NCBI GenBank assembly: GCA_051599415.1
Contig: AP039689.1
Location: forward strand, 434,001 to 498,000
Source: Savitreella phatthalungensis
Taxonomy: Eukaryota
Length of the DNA: 64,000 nt
Direction of reading: 5' to 3'
Below the pieces are notes generated by a model. It worked only from the letters and a program-made list of their open reading frames with translations. It was not told the DNA's origin and did no database searches. Each line of letters begins with the position of its first letter. The stretch's first letter is position 1. Below, in pieces: positions 1 through 12,511 of the stretch. The position numbers and the translations under genes are program-made.

Positions 1-1790
1 GCGGGTGGTCCGATGCCAGATCGCCGCCGCGCTGTGCTCGGACGTGTGGTAGTTCGTATTTTAGACGACGTAAAAGACGATCTACGCGAGGATGCGGGCG
101 AATAAAAGCTGTTGGGCCGAAGGGCAGTCGGTGCTTTAATGTCACTGCTGTGAGATGGAGTAAGGGCTGCGCGTGGACTGGTCGGTCTGTCCAGCGTGGC
201 ACCAGAGATTCGACTCTCCTGCCGCGCTTCTTTGCCGTGCTTTGTCTGCGTCGCCCACCACGTTTTGAAAGCCTGAACGATGCTTCCCTTACGCTGCAAA
301 GACGATGTCTCACGTCTATCGTCGATATGTCCATTCTGCCGAGCACGATCGTTCGCTGGAGAAGACCCTGCATCTGTTACAGGCTTATTTTCTGCGTCTT
401 CCGGAAGCGTCTTTCCTTTCGAGCGAAGATGCGGCCGAAGGTGCTCGAGAAGTGACTTCGTGTCGATAGAATTAGTCCTCAATCGGTTTCGCATGGCCGC
501 AGCGAGTGCTTCAGCGGCAGCCGCCTCTTCCTCCTCAGTCACTGTCTCTGGCACCAGCATACCTTCGAGTCCAGCAAGAGACGAGATGCTGCCGCGCTTG
601 GGAGTATGCCGGCCACGGAAGCGCGTCTCCGGCGCCCGACTATTCGAGCGACTTCGGCTGCGATAGCTCCGTGAAGGCACATTACTGGAGTCTTCAAGCT
701 CATGGCTCTGTTCACTCCGCCTTGCGCTGGCGCTACGATACTTCCGCTCGAGTCTGCGCTCGCGCTGAATTGATAGCCACCAAAGACCAGCAAGCGCGTC
801 ACAACGGTAGTCAATGACGGACCGCTGCATGCGCTCCGTGTCAAAGCCTAAGTCACGCAGACGGTCGATGAGAGACTGCTCCATCGGCGTCTTGAACGTC
901 GGTTCGTAATGGTCGCCAAGAGCTGTGAACTGCTCTGGTGCATGATCACGCAAAAACGGGTGGGACAGGATCTCGACTGCTCGCGGTCTTTTGCTTGAAT
1001 CCTTCTCCAGGAGCAGCCTCAACAGGTCGCGGGCCTCAGCAGTGAAGTGGTTCGGAATCTGCGGTTCCTTCTCAAGAATGGCGGTCTTGGTCATTGCGTC
1101 GTCATCATAGTCGAAAGGTAGACTTCCAGCCAGCAAGGTATAGAGAATGACGCCGAGACTCCATATGTCGACAGCTTCGCCTCGATACCGCTCGCCACGA
1201 ATCATCTCGGGCGATGCATACAATAGCGAGCCGCACCAGGTCTCGAGCAAGGCGCGGTCATTTTCTCGCGTGAAACCAAAGTCTCCAAGCTTGGCATTGC
1301 CTTTATAGTCCAGAAAGATGTTCTCAAGCTTCAAATCGCGGTGTACAACACCACGCGAATGAACATAGGCCACAGCACCGCAGATTTGAGCAAAGATTCG
1401 TGCGGACTCATTGCATGAAAGACGCTTCTGTGCGATGAGGTGCTCGTAGAGCTCACCTCTTGAGCAATACTCAAGCACCAGCCAGACCTTAGACTCCGTC
1501 ACAATAACCTCATATAGCTGCGTGATATTTGGATGGTGTAGCCGACGGTGATGATGAATCTCTCGAGCAAGATTAGCTGCTTCGCTCTTGGAAGTAGACT
1601 TAAGCGCTACTTTCGACCCGAGAAATTTGTGACGACCGAGATAGCATTTGCCGTATGCGCCTGATCCGACCAGCTTTCCAAGAGCGTAATTGCCAACGGT
1701 CTCCACTGACAGGGCTGTGAACGAGCTTATGAGCTCGTTGTAGCTTGCAGTTAGACTGGCTTTCGCGTTGCGATCAAATTCGCTGTGCAT
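1..1790 (-). CDS. Ser/Thr protein kinase, CAMK group, Ppk16-like (3' partial, runs off left edge)
   Basis: Not in ORF track. Manual translation from ATG at 1790 gives MHSEFDRNAKASLTASYNEL...GKLVGSGAYGKC...VALK...REIHHHRRLHHPNI...HRDLKLENIF...DFG...TWCGSLLYASPE, followed by a Ser/Arg-rich tail. Confidence 0.9.
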   Translation of the reverse strand, partial: MHSEFDRNAKASLTASYNELISSFTALSVETVGNYALGKLVGSGAYGKCYLGRHKFLGSKVALKSTSKSEAANLAREIHHHRRLHHPNITQLYEVIVTESKVWLVLEYCSRGELYEHLIAQKRLSCNESARIFAQICGAVAYVHSRGVVHRDLKLENIFLDYKGNAKLGDFGFTRENDRALLETWCGSLLYASPEMIRGERYRGEAVDIWSLGVILYTLLAGSLPFDYDDDAMTKTAILEKEPQIPNHFTAEARDLLRLLLEKDSSKRPRAVEILSHPFLRDHAPEQFTALGDHYEPTFKTPMEQSLIDRLRDLGFDTERMQRSVIDYRCDALAGLWWLSIQRERRLERKYRSASARRSEQSHELEDSSNVPSRSYRSRSRSNSRAPETRFRGRHTPKRGSISSLAGLEGMLVPETVTEEEEAAAAEALAAAMRNRLRTNSIDTKSLLEHLRPHLRSKGKTLPEDAENKPVTDAGSSPANDRARQNGHIDDRRETSSLQRKGSIVQAFKTWWATQTKHGKEARQESRISGATLDRPTSPRAALTPSHSSDIKAPTALRPNSFYSPASSRRSSFTSSKIRTTTRPSTARRRSGIGPP

Positions 1791-2352
1791 GAGTGCTAGC
1801 CACGCAAGCAAATCCTCAAATAGTCATCATGAATGGGGTTGTCGACAGCTCTGCCGTGGTTCGCGTCTAAAGAGCTGCGTGTATGGACCGATAGAGGAAA
1901 CAGCGGTAATCCTGGTGTTATCAAAGTCCTCACAAGTCCGATCAGGCAATGATGCCGCAGCTGTGACTGAAACCACTGGTACTTGTGCGCACTCCTCGGG
2001 GTGACCAGCGAGTATGCGCCCTCCGCGTCTACAATCTCGAGTGTTTTGCCAACGACGACGTGGATGGAGCGGCGCTGCTTCCCTATTGATAGCAACTATT
2101 TTTAGGATCTGCGTCTCTTGCATCACTGAAATCATCATGCACGTGACTGTATACGTACCGAATTCATGGATACGCCATGCTCAAGCAGTCAAACATTTAC
2201 GCGCATATGCTATGTTGCGTAGACTCTGGTCGTATACACCTTCGTGCGTACCTACGCGGGGCTTTCCGACGATAGGCTTATAGAGCGTCACGGCAAAGCA
2301 CACAAGCAAAGGACCCTTCCGGAGCACCTGTGTATATAGCAGAATCAAGCGC

Positions 2353-5300
2353 ATGGTCGACGAACACTGGTCTCACAAGACCTTTGCTTCAGAAGGTAAA
2401 AACGTACACCTATATTCTTCAAATCGATCCGGCTTATCGTGTGTTCATGTCGATCTAGATACGCCGACAGTCAGCGGACATTTCACCCTCGTCACGGAAT
2501 GCTTCGACGATACTGGTAGCCCTCACACATTGGAGCACTTGGTCTTTCTAGGCTCAAAGCTTTGGCCTTACAAGGGTATCCTCGACTCACTTGCAAATCG
2601 AGCCTTTGCACAAGGAACCAATGCATGGACAGATGTCGACCATACAGCATATACAATCGACACAGTCGGTGAAGAAGGTTTTCTACGCATCCTGCCCATT
2701 TTTGTCGATCATATCTTGCATCCTACCCTTACAGAATCTGGCTGCTACACAGAAGTCCACCACATCAATGGCGAGGGACAGGATGCAGGCGTCGTCTATT
2801 CAGAGATGCAGGGAGTTGAGAATACTGGCCCAAATCTCATGAATTTGCGCACTCAGCGGATGATTCACGACAAGAACAGCTCGTATCGCAGCGAGACCGG
2901 CGGGATAATGGACGACATTCGTGGCCTTACTGTTGACCAGATCCGCGATTATCATGCATCATATTACTGTCCACAGAATCTGGTGCTTATTATTACCGGC
3001 AAGGTCGACGCTGTGAACCTGTTACAAACACTTGAATCAGTGGACGAGAACATCCTTGCACAAAAGCCACCGAAGCTCGATGGCTACAGACGTCCGTTCC
3101 TGGCGACGAAGCCAGAGTTTGCTCAATTGACGGAGAGCAAGATTGAGACCCTCAAGTTTCCCGAACAAGATGAATCGATGGGAGATGTTACAGTCAGCTG
3201 GCCGGGTCCTTCGTGCACAGATCATCTGGAGACTTGTGCTTTGGACTTGATCGGTACCTACCTCACCCATAGCGCCGTTTCTCCCATACAAGCAGAACTG
3301 GTCGAGGTCGAAGAACCTCTTTGCACAGATGCAGACTTTTATGTCTCCGATCGCCTACGAAGTATCATCACAATCACACTATCTTCGGTGCCGGTCGAGG
3401 AGCTGGAGACTGCAGAGGAAAAGTTGTTGGAAGTGCTCCGCTCGGTGGTCGAGGATGAATTTGACATGGAACGCATGCAACAATTGATCCATAAAGAGCG
3501 TCTGAAGGTGAAGAATGCGGTTGAGACTGATCCGCATGGCAGTTTTGCCAATCCGATCATCACTGATTTCATCTATGGCTCGCGTGACGGTGAATCTTTG
3601 CAAGAGGCTTTGAACGATGACAAATGGCTCGATGCGGTCGCTCTGTGGACAAGTGAAGACTGGCAAGCATTTGTTCAATCACGTCTTATCGATAGACCCC
3701 ACTTGACGATCCTGGGCAGACCCTCGGCAGAGATGGCGAAGAAACTCGAGGAAGCCGAGAAGACTCGCATCGCTGAGCAGATCGGAAGGTATGGACCTGA
3801 CGGACTGGAGCGTTTGGCAAAGCGACTGAAACTGGCACAGGATCAGAACGATGAGCCAATTCCAGACCACATCATAAACGACTTTCCCGTATCTTCTATC
3901 GACCACGTCAGATTCATCCAGCCGCAGACTGCCAGGTTCGGCGAAACGCCACACAACCTACCTAAGCTCTCGCAAGGTGTTGCACAGTCGATCATCGATG
4001 CAGATAGTCTGCCGACATCGCTACCGGTATTCTATCAGGTCGATACTACCGCGAAGTCGCGATTTGTGACAATCAACGTTTACATTGTGCCTACAGCAAT
4101 CGACGAGGATCTGCTGCCATATATCTCAGTGTTCTTGCACAGCTTCTTCCTCAATCCTCTAATACGCTCTGGGGTGCTTGTCGACTACGAAGATGTGGTA
4201 GAGGAGCTTGAAAATGAGACGGTGAGCTATAGCGCGTCTTTCGGGGCGGGTAGCGGCTTCAACGAGCTCGTGCGTATCAAAATTCGTGCGGAAGCGACAA
4301 AGTATCAAACAGCAATCGATTGGCTGCGCGATCTCCTCATTCATCCTGTGTTCACCGGCGAACGGCTCGGGGTAGCCATCAGCAAGATTGTCAATGATCT
4401 TCCGTCGATCAAGCGGGATGGCGATACAGTCGCTTCCTCGGTCTTGTCAGTTTTGATGCTGAAGAAGGGCAAGTCTGTCGCACGTGCTGGAAATGTTTTG
4501 GAACAGACCAAGTTCCTCGAAGAGCTGGAACAGCAGCTAGAGGAAGACGAGGAAGGTGTGGTCAGAGTGTTTGAACGGCTTCGTCATCAGCTTGTTCGCC
4601 CGGAGAACATGTATATTCATATCGCTGCAGATGTCGAGGCATTGGAAAAGCCGACATCGTCCTGGACTTCGTTCTGTGCTGACCTGCCGCCGAGATCTGG
4701 ACAAATGCTCATGCCGATTCCGAGCTCGAGTGAGTGTCTGTCGACATACGGACAGAACGCACGCGGGAGAGCAACACTTATCACGATTCCTGTGGAGTCG
4801 TGCTATGCGCAGCACTTCAGCGCAGGCATTAAGGAGTGGGACCACCCTGACTTGCCTGCGCTGCTGGTGATGACGAGCTACTTGAACGCAATGGAGGGCC
4901 TCTTGTGGAAGTTCATCCGTGGTTCTGGACTTGCATACGGAGCCGATTTAAAGATTGATCTCGGCATGGGTGTTGTGTTCTTCAGCATCTACCGTGCGCC
5001 TGACGCGTATGCAGCCTGGGCAAAGGCGAGAGACATCATGGGTCAACTTGTATCGGGAGAGGTCGCGATCAATGCTGCTATGGTTGAGGGCGCGAAAAGC
5101 GCCCTTGTCTACGACTATATCTCGCGAGAGGCGACACCGGCTGCTGCTGCGCACGCAAGCTTTGTTTCTCAGATACTGAAGCAGCAGGGCAAGGAGTACG
5201 TGCATGAGCTGCTCAGTAAAGTGCAGCAGGTGACACTGGAGGATATGAAGAGTGCGATGGCAAAATACCTCGTCCAGCTTTTCAATCACCAGACTTCGAA

Positions 5301-5415
5301 CGTGGTTTGCGTATGTGGGCCTACAAAGGTGGACTCGTTGGAGAAGTCTTTCAAGGATGCTAGTTTTGACGTCGCAGCCTCATCACTGGAAGAGTTTGAA
5401 AAGGCTTTCATTTGA
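2353..5415 (+). CDS. M16-family zinc metallopeptidase (YOL098C/Sdd3-like)
   Basis: 1020-aa ORF with inverted zinc motif HTLEH (GSPHTLEHLVFLGS), TNAWT, GVVYSEMQG and C-terminal RGSGLAYGA. Confidence 0.88.
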   Translation: MVDEHWSHKTFASEGKNVHLYSSNRSGLSCVHVDLDTPTVSGHFTLVTECFDDTGSPHTLEHLVFLGSKLWPYKGILDSLANRAFAQGTNAWTDVDHTAYTIDTVGEEGFLRILPIFVDHILHPTLTESGCYTEVHHINGEGQDAGVVYSEMQGVENTGPNLMNLRTQRMIHDKNSSYRSETGGIMDDIRGLTVDQIRDYHASYYCPQNLVLIITGKVDAVNLLQTLESVDENILAQKPPKLDGYRRPFLATKPEFAQLTESKIETLKFPEQDESMGDVTVSWPGPSCTDHLETCALDLIGTYLTHSAVSPIQAELVEVEEPLCTDADFYVSDRLRSIITITLSSVPVEELETAEEKLLEVLRSVVEDEFDMERMQQLIHKERLKVKNAVETDPHGSFANPIITDFIYGSRDGESLQEALNDDKWLDAVALWTSEDWQAFVQSRLIDRPHLTILGRPSAEMAKKLEEAEKTRIAEQIGRYGPDGLERLAKRLKLAQDQNDEPIPDHIINDFPVSSIDHVRFIQPQTARFGETPHNLPKLSQGVAQSIIDADSLPTSLPVFYQVDTTAKSRFVTINVYIVPTAIDEDLLPYISVFLHSFFLNPLIRSGVLVDYEDVVEELENETVSYSASFGAGSGFNELVRIKIRAEATKYQTAIDWLRDLLIHPVFTGERLGVAISKIVNDLPSIKRDGDTVASSVLSVLMLKKGKSVARAGNVLEQTKFLEELEQQLEEDEEGVVRVFERLRHQLVRPENMYIHIAADVEALEKPTSSWTSFCADLPPRSGQMLMPIPSSSECLSTYGQNARGRATLITIPVESCYAQHFSAGIKEWDHPDLPALLVMTSYLNAMEGLLWKFIRGSGLAYGADLKIDLGMGVVFFSIYRAPDAYAAWAKARDIMGQLVSGEVAINAAMVEGAKSALVYDYISREATPAAAAHASFVSQILKQQGKEYVHELLSKVQQVTLEDMKSAMAKYLVQLFNHQTSNVVCVCGPTKVDSLEKSFKDASFDVAASSLEEFEKAFI

Positions 5416-6027
5416 AGTGAGATGTCATCTCTCTGGGAGTGTCGGTATGAGCACGACGCGAAATGCCAAGGATAGATCTACGAAGCATGTGAATCAGTAG
5501 AATCAAGCTATGAATGTGACTGTCGTAAGGATAGATCAGTACCTCAGCATCTACAGCATGTACAGTACCTACGTAGATGAGAGCAACCTAGCAGTGTCTG
5601 GGAGTACACGTACTGCATATGTGGTTTTGATATCACGTGACTGTCAGGTCACAACAGATTGTGCATGATAAGTGATCGAATCTCTGATGACTCGAGCTCA
5701 AATTCTCTTCTTCTGAACGTTATTGAAATTGTGAGTAAAGATTTTTTAAGTTTCAGAAGCGCAGCACACAGCCAGTCCATCAAATCCAGTACGGGCACCA
5801 GCACGAGACAACAGGCGAGGGCCACAGGCAGCCACGATATAGTTAGTTGTTCAACCAGGATACACTGTACTTGGACTATATCTTCTGGTCAAAGGAAATA
5901 TCAGAGGTTCACTAAGTCACCAGACAAGCGCAATAGAAAGGAAACAACTCGCTCTCGAGCCAATCCTTGTCTTCCCCTCCCTCCCTCTTCCTCTCTCTCT
6001 TTCTCGTTCTCTTGCTCTGATTCACTC

Positions 6028-7734
6028 ATGTGCGGCATCTTTTGCGTGCACAAGCATGATGGCGACATCGCAGCCTTTAAACCCCAGGCACTCGAGCTCT
6101 CGAAGAAGATTCGGCATCGTGGACCTGACTGGAGCGGCAATGTCTCACGCAAATCCACGATTCTCTGCCATGAGCGTCTCGCCATCGTCGGCGTAGACAC
6201 TGGAGCTCAGCCGCTCGTCTCACGTGACGGTAAGATTGTTCTTGCAGTCAACGGTGAGATCTACAACCACCAGCAGCTGAAGAAGACAGCTCTCAAGCAA
6301 CCATACGACTTCAAGACACATTCTGATTGCGAGGTCATTATCCCGCTCTACCGTGACTATGGCAATGACTTTGCGGGCATGCTCGATGGCATGTTCAGCT
6401 TCGTCCTCTACGACGAGGAGAAGGATGCCATCATCGCCGCACGCGATCCAATTGGCATCACCACACTCTACATCGGCCGCTCCAGCGCAGCTCCTGACAC
6501 GGTATATATCGCAAGCGAGATGAAGTGCCTTGCGCCCGTTTGCGACTCCATCGATAACTTCCCGCCCGGCCATATGTACGACTCTGCAACGGGACAGCTG
6601 AAGCGCTACTTCAGCCCTTCTTGGCTCGTTTCCAACGAGATTCCACGTAACAAGCTCGACCTGACGGCCATTCGCGAAACCCTCGAGGCCGCTGTACACA
6701 AGCGCCTGATGTCCGAAGTGCCTTACGGTGTCCTTCTCTCCGGAGGTCTTGACTCCTCCCTGATTGCTGCAATTGCCGCACGTAAGACGGCCATTGAGCA
6801 GGCAAAGCAAGCTGCTGGAGAGTCTGATGCTATTGCTTCATGGCCACAACTTCACTCATTCTCAATCGGCCTTCCAGGATCACCCGACTTGCTCGCTGCG
6901 AGAGAGGTCGCCAAATTTTTGAAGACAATCCATCACGAGCACACGTTTACGCTAGAAGAAGGTCTCGACGCACTATCCGACGTCATCCTTCATCTCGAGA
7001 CATTTGATGTTACGACGATCCGTGCATCAACTCCGATGTATCTTTTGTCGCGCAAGATCAAGGCTCAGGGTGTAAAGATGGTGCTGTCTGGCGAGGGCTC
7101 AGATGAAATCTTTGGCGGATATCTCTACTTTGCTGATGCACCAGACGCGGACGAGTTTCACCGAGAATGCGTTGGCCGAGTGTCCAACCTCCACTTGGCC
7201 GACAACCTGCGTGCCAACAAGTCGACCATGGCATGGGGACTCGAGGCACGCATTCCCTTCCTCGACAAGAAGTTCCTCGAGGTCGTCATGAACACGGACC
7301 CGGAGAACAAGCTCATAACAAAGCAGCGCAAGGAGAAGTACATCCTACGAGAGGCTTTTGACACGCCAGAAGACCCTTACTTGCCTCACAACATTCTGTG
7401 GCGCCAGAAGGAGCAGTTCTCTGACGGCGTCGGTTATGGTTGGATCGACCAATTGCGTGACGAGGCGGAGCGACAGGTATCTGACGCTGAATTTGCATCC
7501 GCCACGCCTGACCAATGGATCGATTCCGCACGCGGAACCGAGGACAGGCCGCAGACGAAGGAAGCCTGGTGGTACAGGAAGATGTTCGATGCCCATTTCC
7601 CCAACAAGGCTTGTGCCACCACCGTCAAGCGGTGGGTGCCAAAGTCAGAGTGGGGGTGCAACGCAGACCCCTCAGGGCGAGCACAGAAGACCCACGAGGC
7701 CAGATACGACCTCAGCAACGGTCAGCAGGCCTGA
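6028..7734 (+). CDS. ASN1: Glutamine-hydrolysing asparagine synthetase
   Basis: True start is MCGIF (Ntn Cys2) at 6028. [31 protein letters not shown] and [12 protein letters not shown] are present. Confidence 0.96.
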   Translation: MCGIFCVHKHDGDIAAFKPQALELSKKIRHRGPDWSGNVSRKSTILCHERLAIVGVDTGAQPLVSRDGKIVLAVNGEIYNHQQLKKTALKQPYDFKTHSDCEVIIPLYRDYGNDFAGMLDGMFSFVLYDEEKDAIIAARDPIGITTLYIGRSSAAPDTVYIASEMKCLAPVCDSIDNFPPGHMYDSATGQLKRYFSPSWLVSNEIPRNKLDLTAIRETLEAAVHKRLMSEVPYGVLLSGGLDSSLIAAIAARKTAIEQAKQAAGESDAIASWPQLHSFSIGLPGSPDLLAAREVAKFLKTIHHEHTFTLEEGLDALSDVILHLETFDVTTIRASTPMYLLSRKIKAQGVKMVLSGEGSDEIFGGYLYFADAPDADEFHRECVGRVSNLHLADNLRANKSTMAWGLEARIPFLDKKFLEVVMNTDPENKLITKQRKEKYILREAFDTPEDPYLPHNILWRQKEQFSDGVGYGWIDQLRDEAERQVSDAEFASATPDQWIDSARGTEDRPQTKEAWWYRKMFDAHFPNKACATTVKRWVPKSEWGCNADPSGRAQKTHEARYDLSNGQQA

Positions 7735-8021
7735 GTGTCTCATCCTCGCACGCTTTCCACCTCACCTTAGCACGATCGGAAACAAGATCAACAACGTAGA
7801 CAAGCGAGCATCGATATTGCATTCACCTAAGCATAGCGTGGCAGTCACGGATCATTGAACAGCTAGGTCAAGACAGACTCGAAAACTGGGTCTGGAAATT
7901 GTGTCTGCCAGTCAGACACATTGTATTGCGTATTCCGTCTAGTTCTAGAAAAGTGTGAGCGAAATGGGCTGGCTGTATGTATTGGCCAACCGGATGTAGG
8001 GAGGAGAGCGCGGGCAGGTGA

Positions 8022-9122
8022 TCATGCCTTTGCGACGGCAGGAATGCGAAGGGTCTTGGCATCGTCTGAGAAAGGGACACCGAGTTCGAGAAGCTTTGTG
8101 AAGACGTTGGCAAAGTCCTTGTAGAACAGGTCCTGGTCCTTTGCGTACTTCTCCACCCAAGGCCGGAATGACTTGTCCTTAATCAGGGCCATGTCGGTAG
8201 GAAGCATCATCAGGGTCTTTGTGGTCTTGTCCTCGTACTGCTTAGGACCATTCCACTTCTTCCAGCTCCACTTCTCGTCAAGCAAGAGCTTGTAGTAGTC
8301 GTTCGTCAGCACAGTAGGGGAGAATGTCCAAGGACCCTCGAAACCGGAGCGGTCCGTGTGGCAGCGACCGAGGGCGTGTGCGCCAGAAAGGGCGACAATC
8401 TCCTGGTCGTTGAAGCCCATGCGGTAGAAGATCTTGCGAAGATGGTCATGGTCGAGTGATGCGTCAGGGAGACGGCCGTCAGGTGTGCAAAATGCTGCGT
8501 CGCGGTCTTCGCGACCTGGACGCCATGGGATCACCACCTCACCGCCAGACATCTCCTGGATGGCAGCAACACCGGCGAGTGTCCACAAGTCAGAGTACGA
8601 GATATTGGGGAACTGAGCATGGACGGTCTCCATGACCGAACGAGCCTTGTGAAGACCGGCGTTTGCGCCGTGGTCAGACTCGGGTGCAAATCGCATCGTT
8701 GCACCGTTCGAGCCACCTGTGTTGGTTGCCTTGTCGTAAGTGCCGGAAGCGTGCCAAGCGAGACGGACGAGGACAGGCCCAAACGAACCATCGTCGTAGT
8801 TCTCGGCATCCTCGGAATCCATTGCCTTGACGATCGCGGCATACACCTTGGTGTAGTCGAGTGGTCCAGGGTGTGCAGCTGCCTTGAGCGCATCAGTACC
8901 AGTCAGGGACTCACCGGCGGAGTTCTTCTGGCTCGAGACATAGTAGTACCCTGCGCCACCAACAGCGACCAGACCAAGTACACCGAACAAAGCTCCGCTG
9001 CCTGAACCCGATGCCTTCGGGGTTTGTGTAGAGTTGAAGCGAGACCGAATGACGGGTCTTGCCACGGCTGTCCGACGTGCTGCTACACGCGCAGCAGTCT
9101 GCAGAGTGGTACGCGAGAACAT
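8022..9122 (-). CDS. CCP1: Mitochondrial cytochrome c peroxidase
   Basis: Arg-rich presequence plus hydrophobic segment, distal [11 protein letters not shown], proximal [12 protein letters not shown], and GPWT. Confidence 0.93.
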   Translation of the reverse strand: MFSRTTLQTAARVAARRTAVARPVIRSRFNSTQTPKASGSGSGALFGVLGLVAVGGAGYYYVSSQKNSAGESLTGTDALKAAAHPGPLDYTKVYAAIVKAMDSEDAENYDDGSFGPVLVRLAWHASGTYDKATNTGGSNGATMRFAPESDHGANAGLHKARSVMETVHAQFPNISYSDLWTLAGVAAIQEMSGGEVVIPWRPGREDRDAAFCTPDGRLPDASLDHDHLRKIFYRMGFNDQEIVALSGAHALGRCHTDRSGFEGPWTFSPTVLTNDYYKLLLDEKWSWKKWNGPKQYEDKTTKTLMMLPTDMALIKDKSFRPWVEKYAKDQDLFYKDFANVFTKLLELGVPFSDDAKTLRIPAVAKA

Positions 9123-9225
9123 CGTGACTGAGGAAATTCTGCAAATTAATGTTCCCTTGAAAAAGTCACGCTCACTATGACTGTAAAGATTGTGCCTGGC
9201 AAATGTAACGATGCCAAACGTGTAG

Positions 9226-9243
9226 GTGTGTGTGTGTGTGTGT
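9226..9243. repeat. (GT)9 microsatellite upstream of CCP1
   Basis: Directly visible GT dinucleotide run. Confidence 0.85.
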
Positions 9244-10757
9244 TCGGATGTGACGGTGCCGGATGGACGACGAGCTTGCTGTCAGGATAAAAGATTGAGA
9301 AAGTTTCAGCGGAAGATTGAAGGCGTAATCATGTCACGGCGGCCGGCAATGGCGGAGCTAGCCGAGGGCATGTTGATGGTAAGCTATGGGGGTAGACCCC
9401 GTGTGGTGCTGATACTCCGTGTTTGTGGCCTCGCACGATAGGCTGGAACATTCGATCGAAGTCTCTACGGCGAGATTCCGGGCTCAGAGTAAGGCCAACC
9501 AACATAAGGCGATCATAGAGTTGGCAAGAGTCGGTAGGCGCAGATCTCCCAGTGTAAGAGGAAGTGCTGCAGCAGGTAGATCGAGCGTATGTGGATAATC
9601 TGTATGGAGAGCACGAGCACACACGGGCCGTGGATTGGAGAATGTGTTATGGTAAGCAGACCAGATCAAGTGTACAAATTCTGCTACACATCCCTTGCAC
9701 GCCTGACTATAGCTGACACAGGAACAATGTGTGAAACCCTTTGAGGCACCGAAACAAACGCGCCTAGTATACAGCACCAACACATCGACATTTGGACGGT
9801 GACTGGCTAGTGGACCGCTGAGCCGACGAGTGGCTTTTCTTTGGACATTCAACTGGCAGAGCGTTTTTTCCTCACGAGATCCAGCCAGAGCCACAAAATA
9901 ATATTGCGTTATCAGGCTGCAGATCACTCTTGTCATCCTGGGTAAATGAATCAGACAGATGAATGATTAAAGGATCATTGAAGAATTCAAGGCTGATGGG
10001 AGAGTTGCAAGAAGTGGAAATCTTTCAGCCCATCTTGAATGAATCGTGATACACGACTAAAACTTCTAGTGTAGACGGCTACCAGTCAGTTTGAGGGGCA
10101 CCTGGGAGCATGTAAGAGCCTAATTGACTGAGACTATATTGGCCTTCATTAATCCAGAACTGGAAAGGGGCCGTTGAAACAACACCCGAATCAGTCAGAA
10201 CACATGCCTTGAGCCTCATGTTCCCATCGAGATCAAACAAACGAAATATATCGAGTTTAAGCATATCTGGAATGAAGCCAATGAGTAACAACATTTCGCA
10301 CTGTCTCAGGAATCACACCATATATCAATATATGTGATACTAAATTGCGCTGTGTGTAACGCTTCAATTGGTGTATCACCTGGCTAGATTAGCATCCAGT
10401 ACTACAGTGATACATACACAGGACTGGCGACTCAGGGATTCCGGGCCCCGGCGATCATCCCTTCGGCCCCACCTTGCACGGATCAGACCATTCGGCGAAT
10501 GTAAGAAATAAGCTTCTTTCAACCAAGTCCTGCCTGTAAGTCCTGCTCACAATAGCCGGCCATCGGGTCTAACGATAGCGAGTTCCGAGCCAAGGACCGA
10601 TCCACATAGTGGCTGCAGCCTTGAACAGACTTGGCCGATGCTCATTATATCATTGAACTCTTCGTGGTCTGATCAATCTGACACATCTGCAGGCCAGATA
10701 TAAGCCTGTCTGCCATCTTGTCAGATCGAGAGTCACTGCCAATTGCAAACCCTAGCG

Positions 10758-12266
10758 ATGAGCATGACAAGCACAGCATCTCGCAGACCTGCAGGTAGGC
10801 TACGTCTTTTCCTTCTGGTGTGACCCAAGCCACCGTGACTGACGTCTAAAGGCAATTGTGAACGGCGCTGCATTGCCCGTGATATCGCTGGTCTATATGG
10901 TACTGTGGCCGTATTGGGTCTCTACGTACCTCCGCCAGATCTGAATGATGAGGATGAGATCAAGGACAGTCTCATTGACGCTCTCGAGGTGTGCATTGCC
11001 AAGCATCCAGCTCTTAGAACATGCATCATCAATACCCGCACCAAAGATCCTGTTCTCGTGACTATGTCTTGCGTTAGCGAGCAGGATCACGTCCATTGGC
11101 TCGAGCCAATCACTGACACAACATCATTTTCAGATGCTGCACGAGACACGTTACTTCACGTCCATGCGCAGCCATTCAGAGCCTATGAGGAACGGCCACA
11201 GTGGGAGCTCTACGCGCGTGCCTTTGCGTCAACAAGAAGATACATATTTGTTTTCGCCTACTCACACGCCTTGCTGGACGGTCGATCGAGTGTCAATTTT
11301 CACACAACTTTTTTACAAGCTCTCAGAAACCCTGGTCAACAACCTCCAGATGCTGCTCAAGGAACACCGCTCAACATCGAGAAATCTGCTCGTCTGGAGC
11401 TTTCTCTGGGCTATTTGCTTAAGACTCTCGCGACCGAGTATCTGCCGAAACCGCTGAAACGAGCATGTGGCTTAGCGCCGCCTTCGAGCAAAGTCGCTTA
11501 TTACGGAGCTCCAAAGCGTCCTCCACCGCCTAAGGCCTACCAACTCGTCGAGACAGCCGTTTCGATCGCGCTGGTCGATTCAGAGACGTTGTCACGTGCT
11601 GTGGCGGTGTGCCGACAACACGATGCCCGTCTGACGGGCCTGTTGAACCATCTGTCAGCAAGAGTTCTCGCTCACTCACTTCATGCTAGGGGAACGCAGA
11701 ACTGCCGAGCATTCTTGCTTGATACGGCAATGGACATGCGGCGAGCGATTCCCGGCGGCTCTGGTCAGCTTGCAAATTTCGCATCCACGATGTATGAGAC
11801 ATATGAAATCGCTTCGCCCCCGCCAGCACCGACTGATACGTTGGACGAATCAACCTGGTCAGCAGTACGGAGAACGACGGATTTGCTTGCCGAACGTAGC
11901 AGCTCAACAAAGGACCAGGTGATTGGAGCGCTGAAATATATCGATAATATGCACACCTTCAATCGGCAGCGATCAGTGAAGCCTGCTGAAGAGAGCTTCT
12001 CAGTGAGTAACCTGGGTGTTTTCCCGGGTTTGAGCAATCAGAAAGACACTTGGCAAGTCGCTGAACTTGTATTCACGCAGTCCGGAGACGCTGTTGGTGC
12101 ACCAATCGAGCTGAACTTTGCAAGTGCGGCAGGAGGAAGCTTGTCGATCACGGCGACTTGGGTACCTGGTATGCTAGATGTGGGAGACTATGACCGAGAG
12201 CAGAAGTTTATGGACGAGGTATGTGAAGGCATCGCAAAAGCCGTCATAGCGATCAGTCTGTCTTAG
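10758..12266 (+). CDS. Alcohol acetyltransferase-like CoA-dependent acyltransferase; exons 10758-10794 and 10852-12266
   Basis: HxxxD motif (YSHALLDG) and SFSVSNLG. Intron 10795-10851 (GTAGGC...GACTGAC...AAG) gives an in-frame N-terminus MSMTSTASRRPAGNCERRCIARDIAGLYG, typical of the family. Confidence 0.8.
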
Positions 12267-12476
12267 CAGCGCTGCAGGTACGAGGCACAGACAGGCTTTC
12301 GAGTTCGTCATCAGTTGAGAAAATCATAAGCATGCTACGATCATTCAGTCCTTGGGGGGAAAACAGTGGTCTGCATACCTCCCATCAACTGGGCGGTGGC
12401 TAATCACTAGCTGCAAATGCCCATATATGTTCATGCATTGAAACAATGATTGAAATCTTCTTGCTGTATTATATAG

Positions 12477-12511
12477 TGATGCTGATGCTGATACTGATGC
12501 TGATGCTGATG
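12477..12511. repeat. (TGATGC)n hexanucleotide microsatellite
   Basis: tgatgctgatgctgatactgatgctgatgctgatg. Confidence 0.8.

Noticed and set aside
1796..2138. ~100-aa minus-strand ORFs upstream of the kinase
   Set aside because: No recognisable motifs. They may be uORFs but cannot be supported from sequence alone.
5659..6027. 123-aa N-terminal extension of asparagine synthetase in the ORF track
   Set aside because: It starts at TTG, and the enzyme needs an N-terminal Cys from MCGIF. The segment is a pyrimidine-rich leader.
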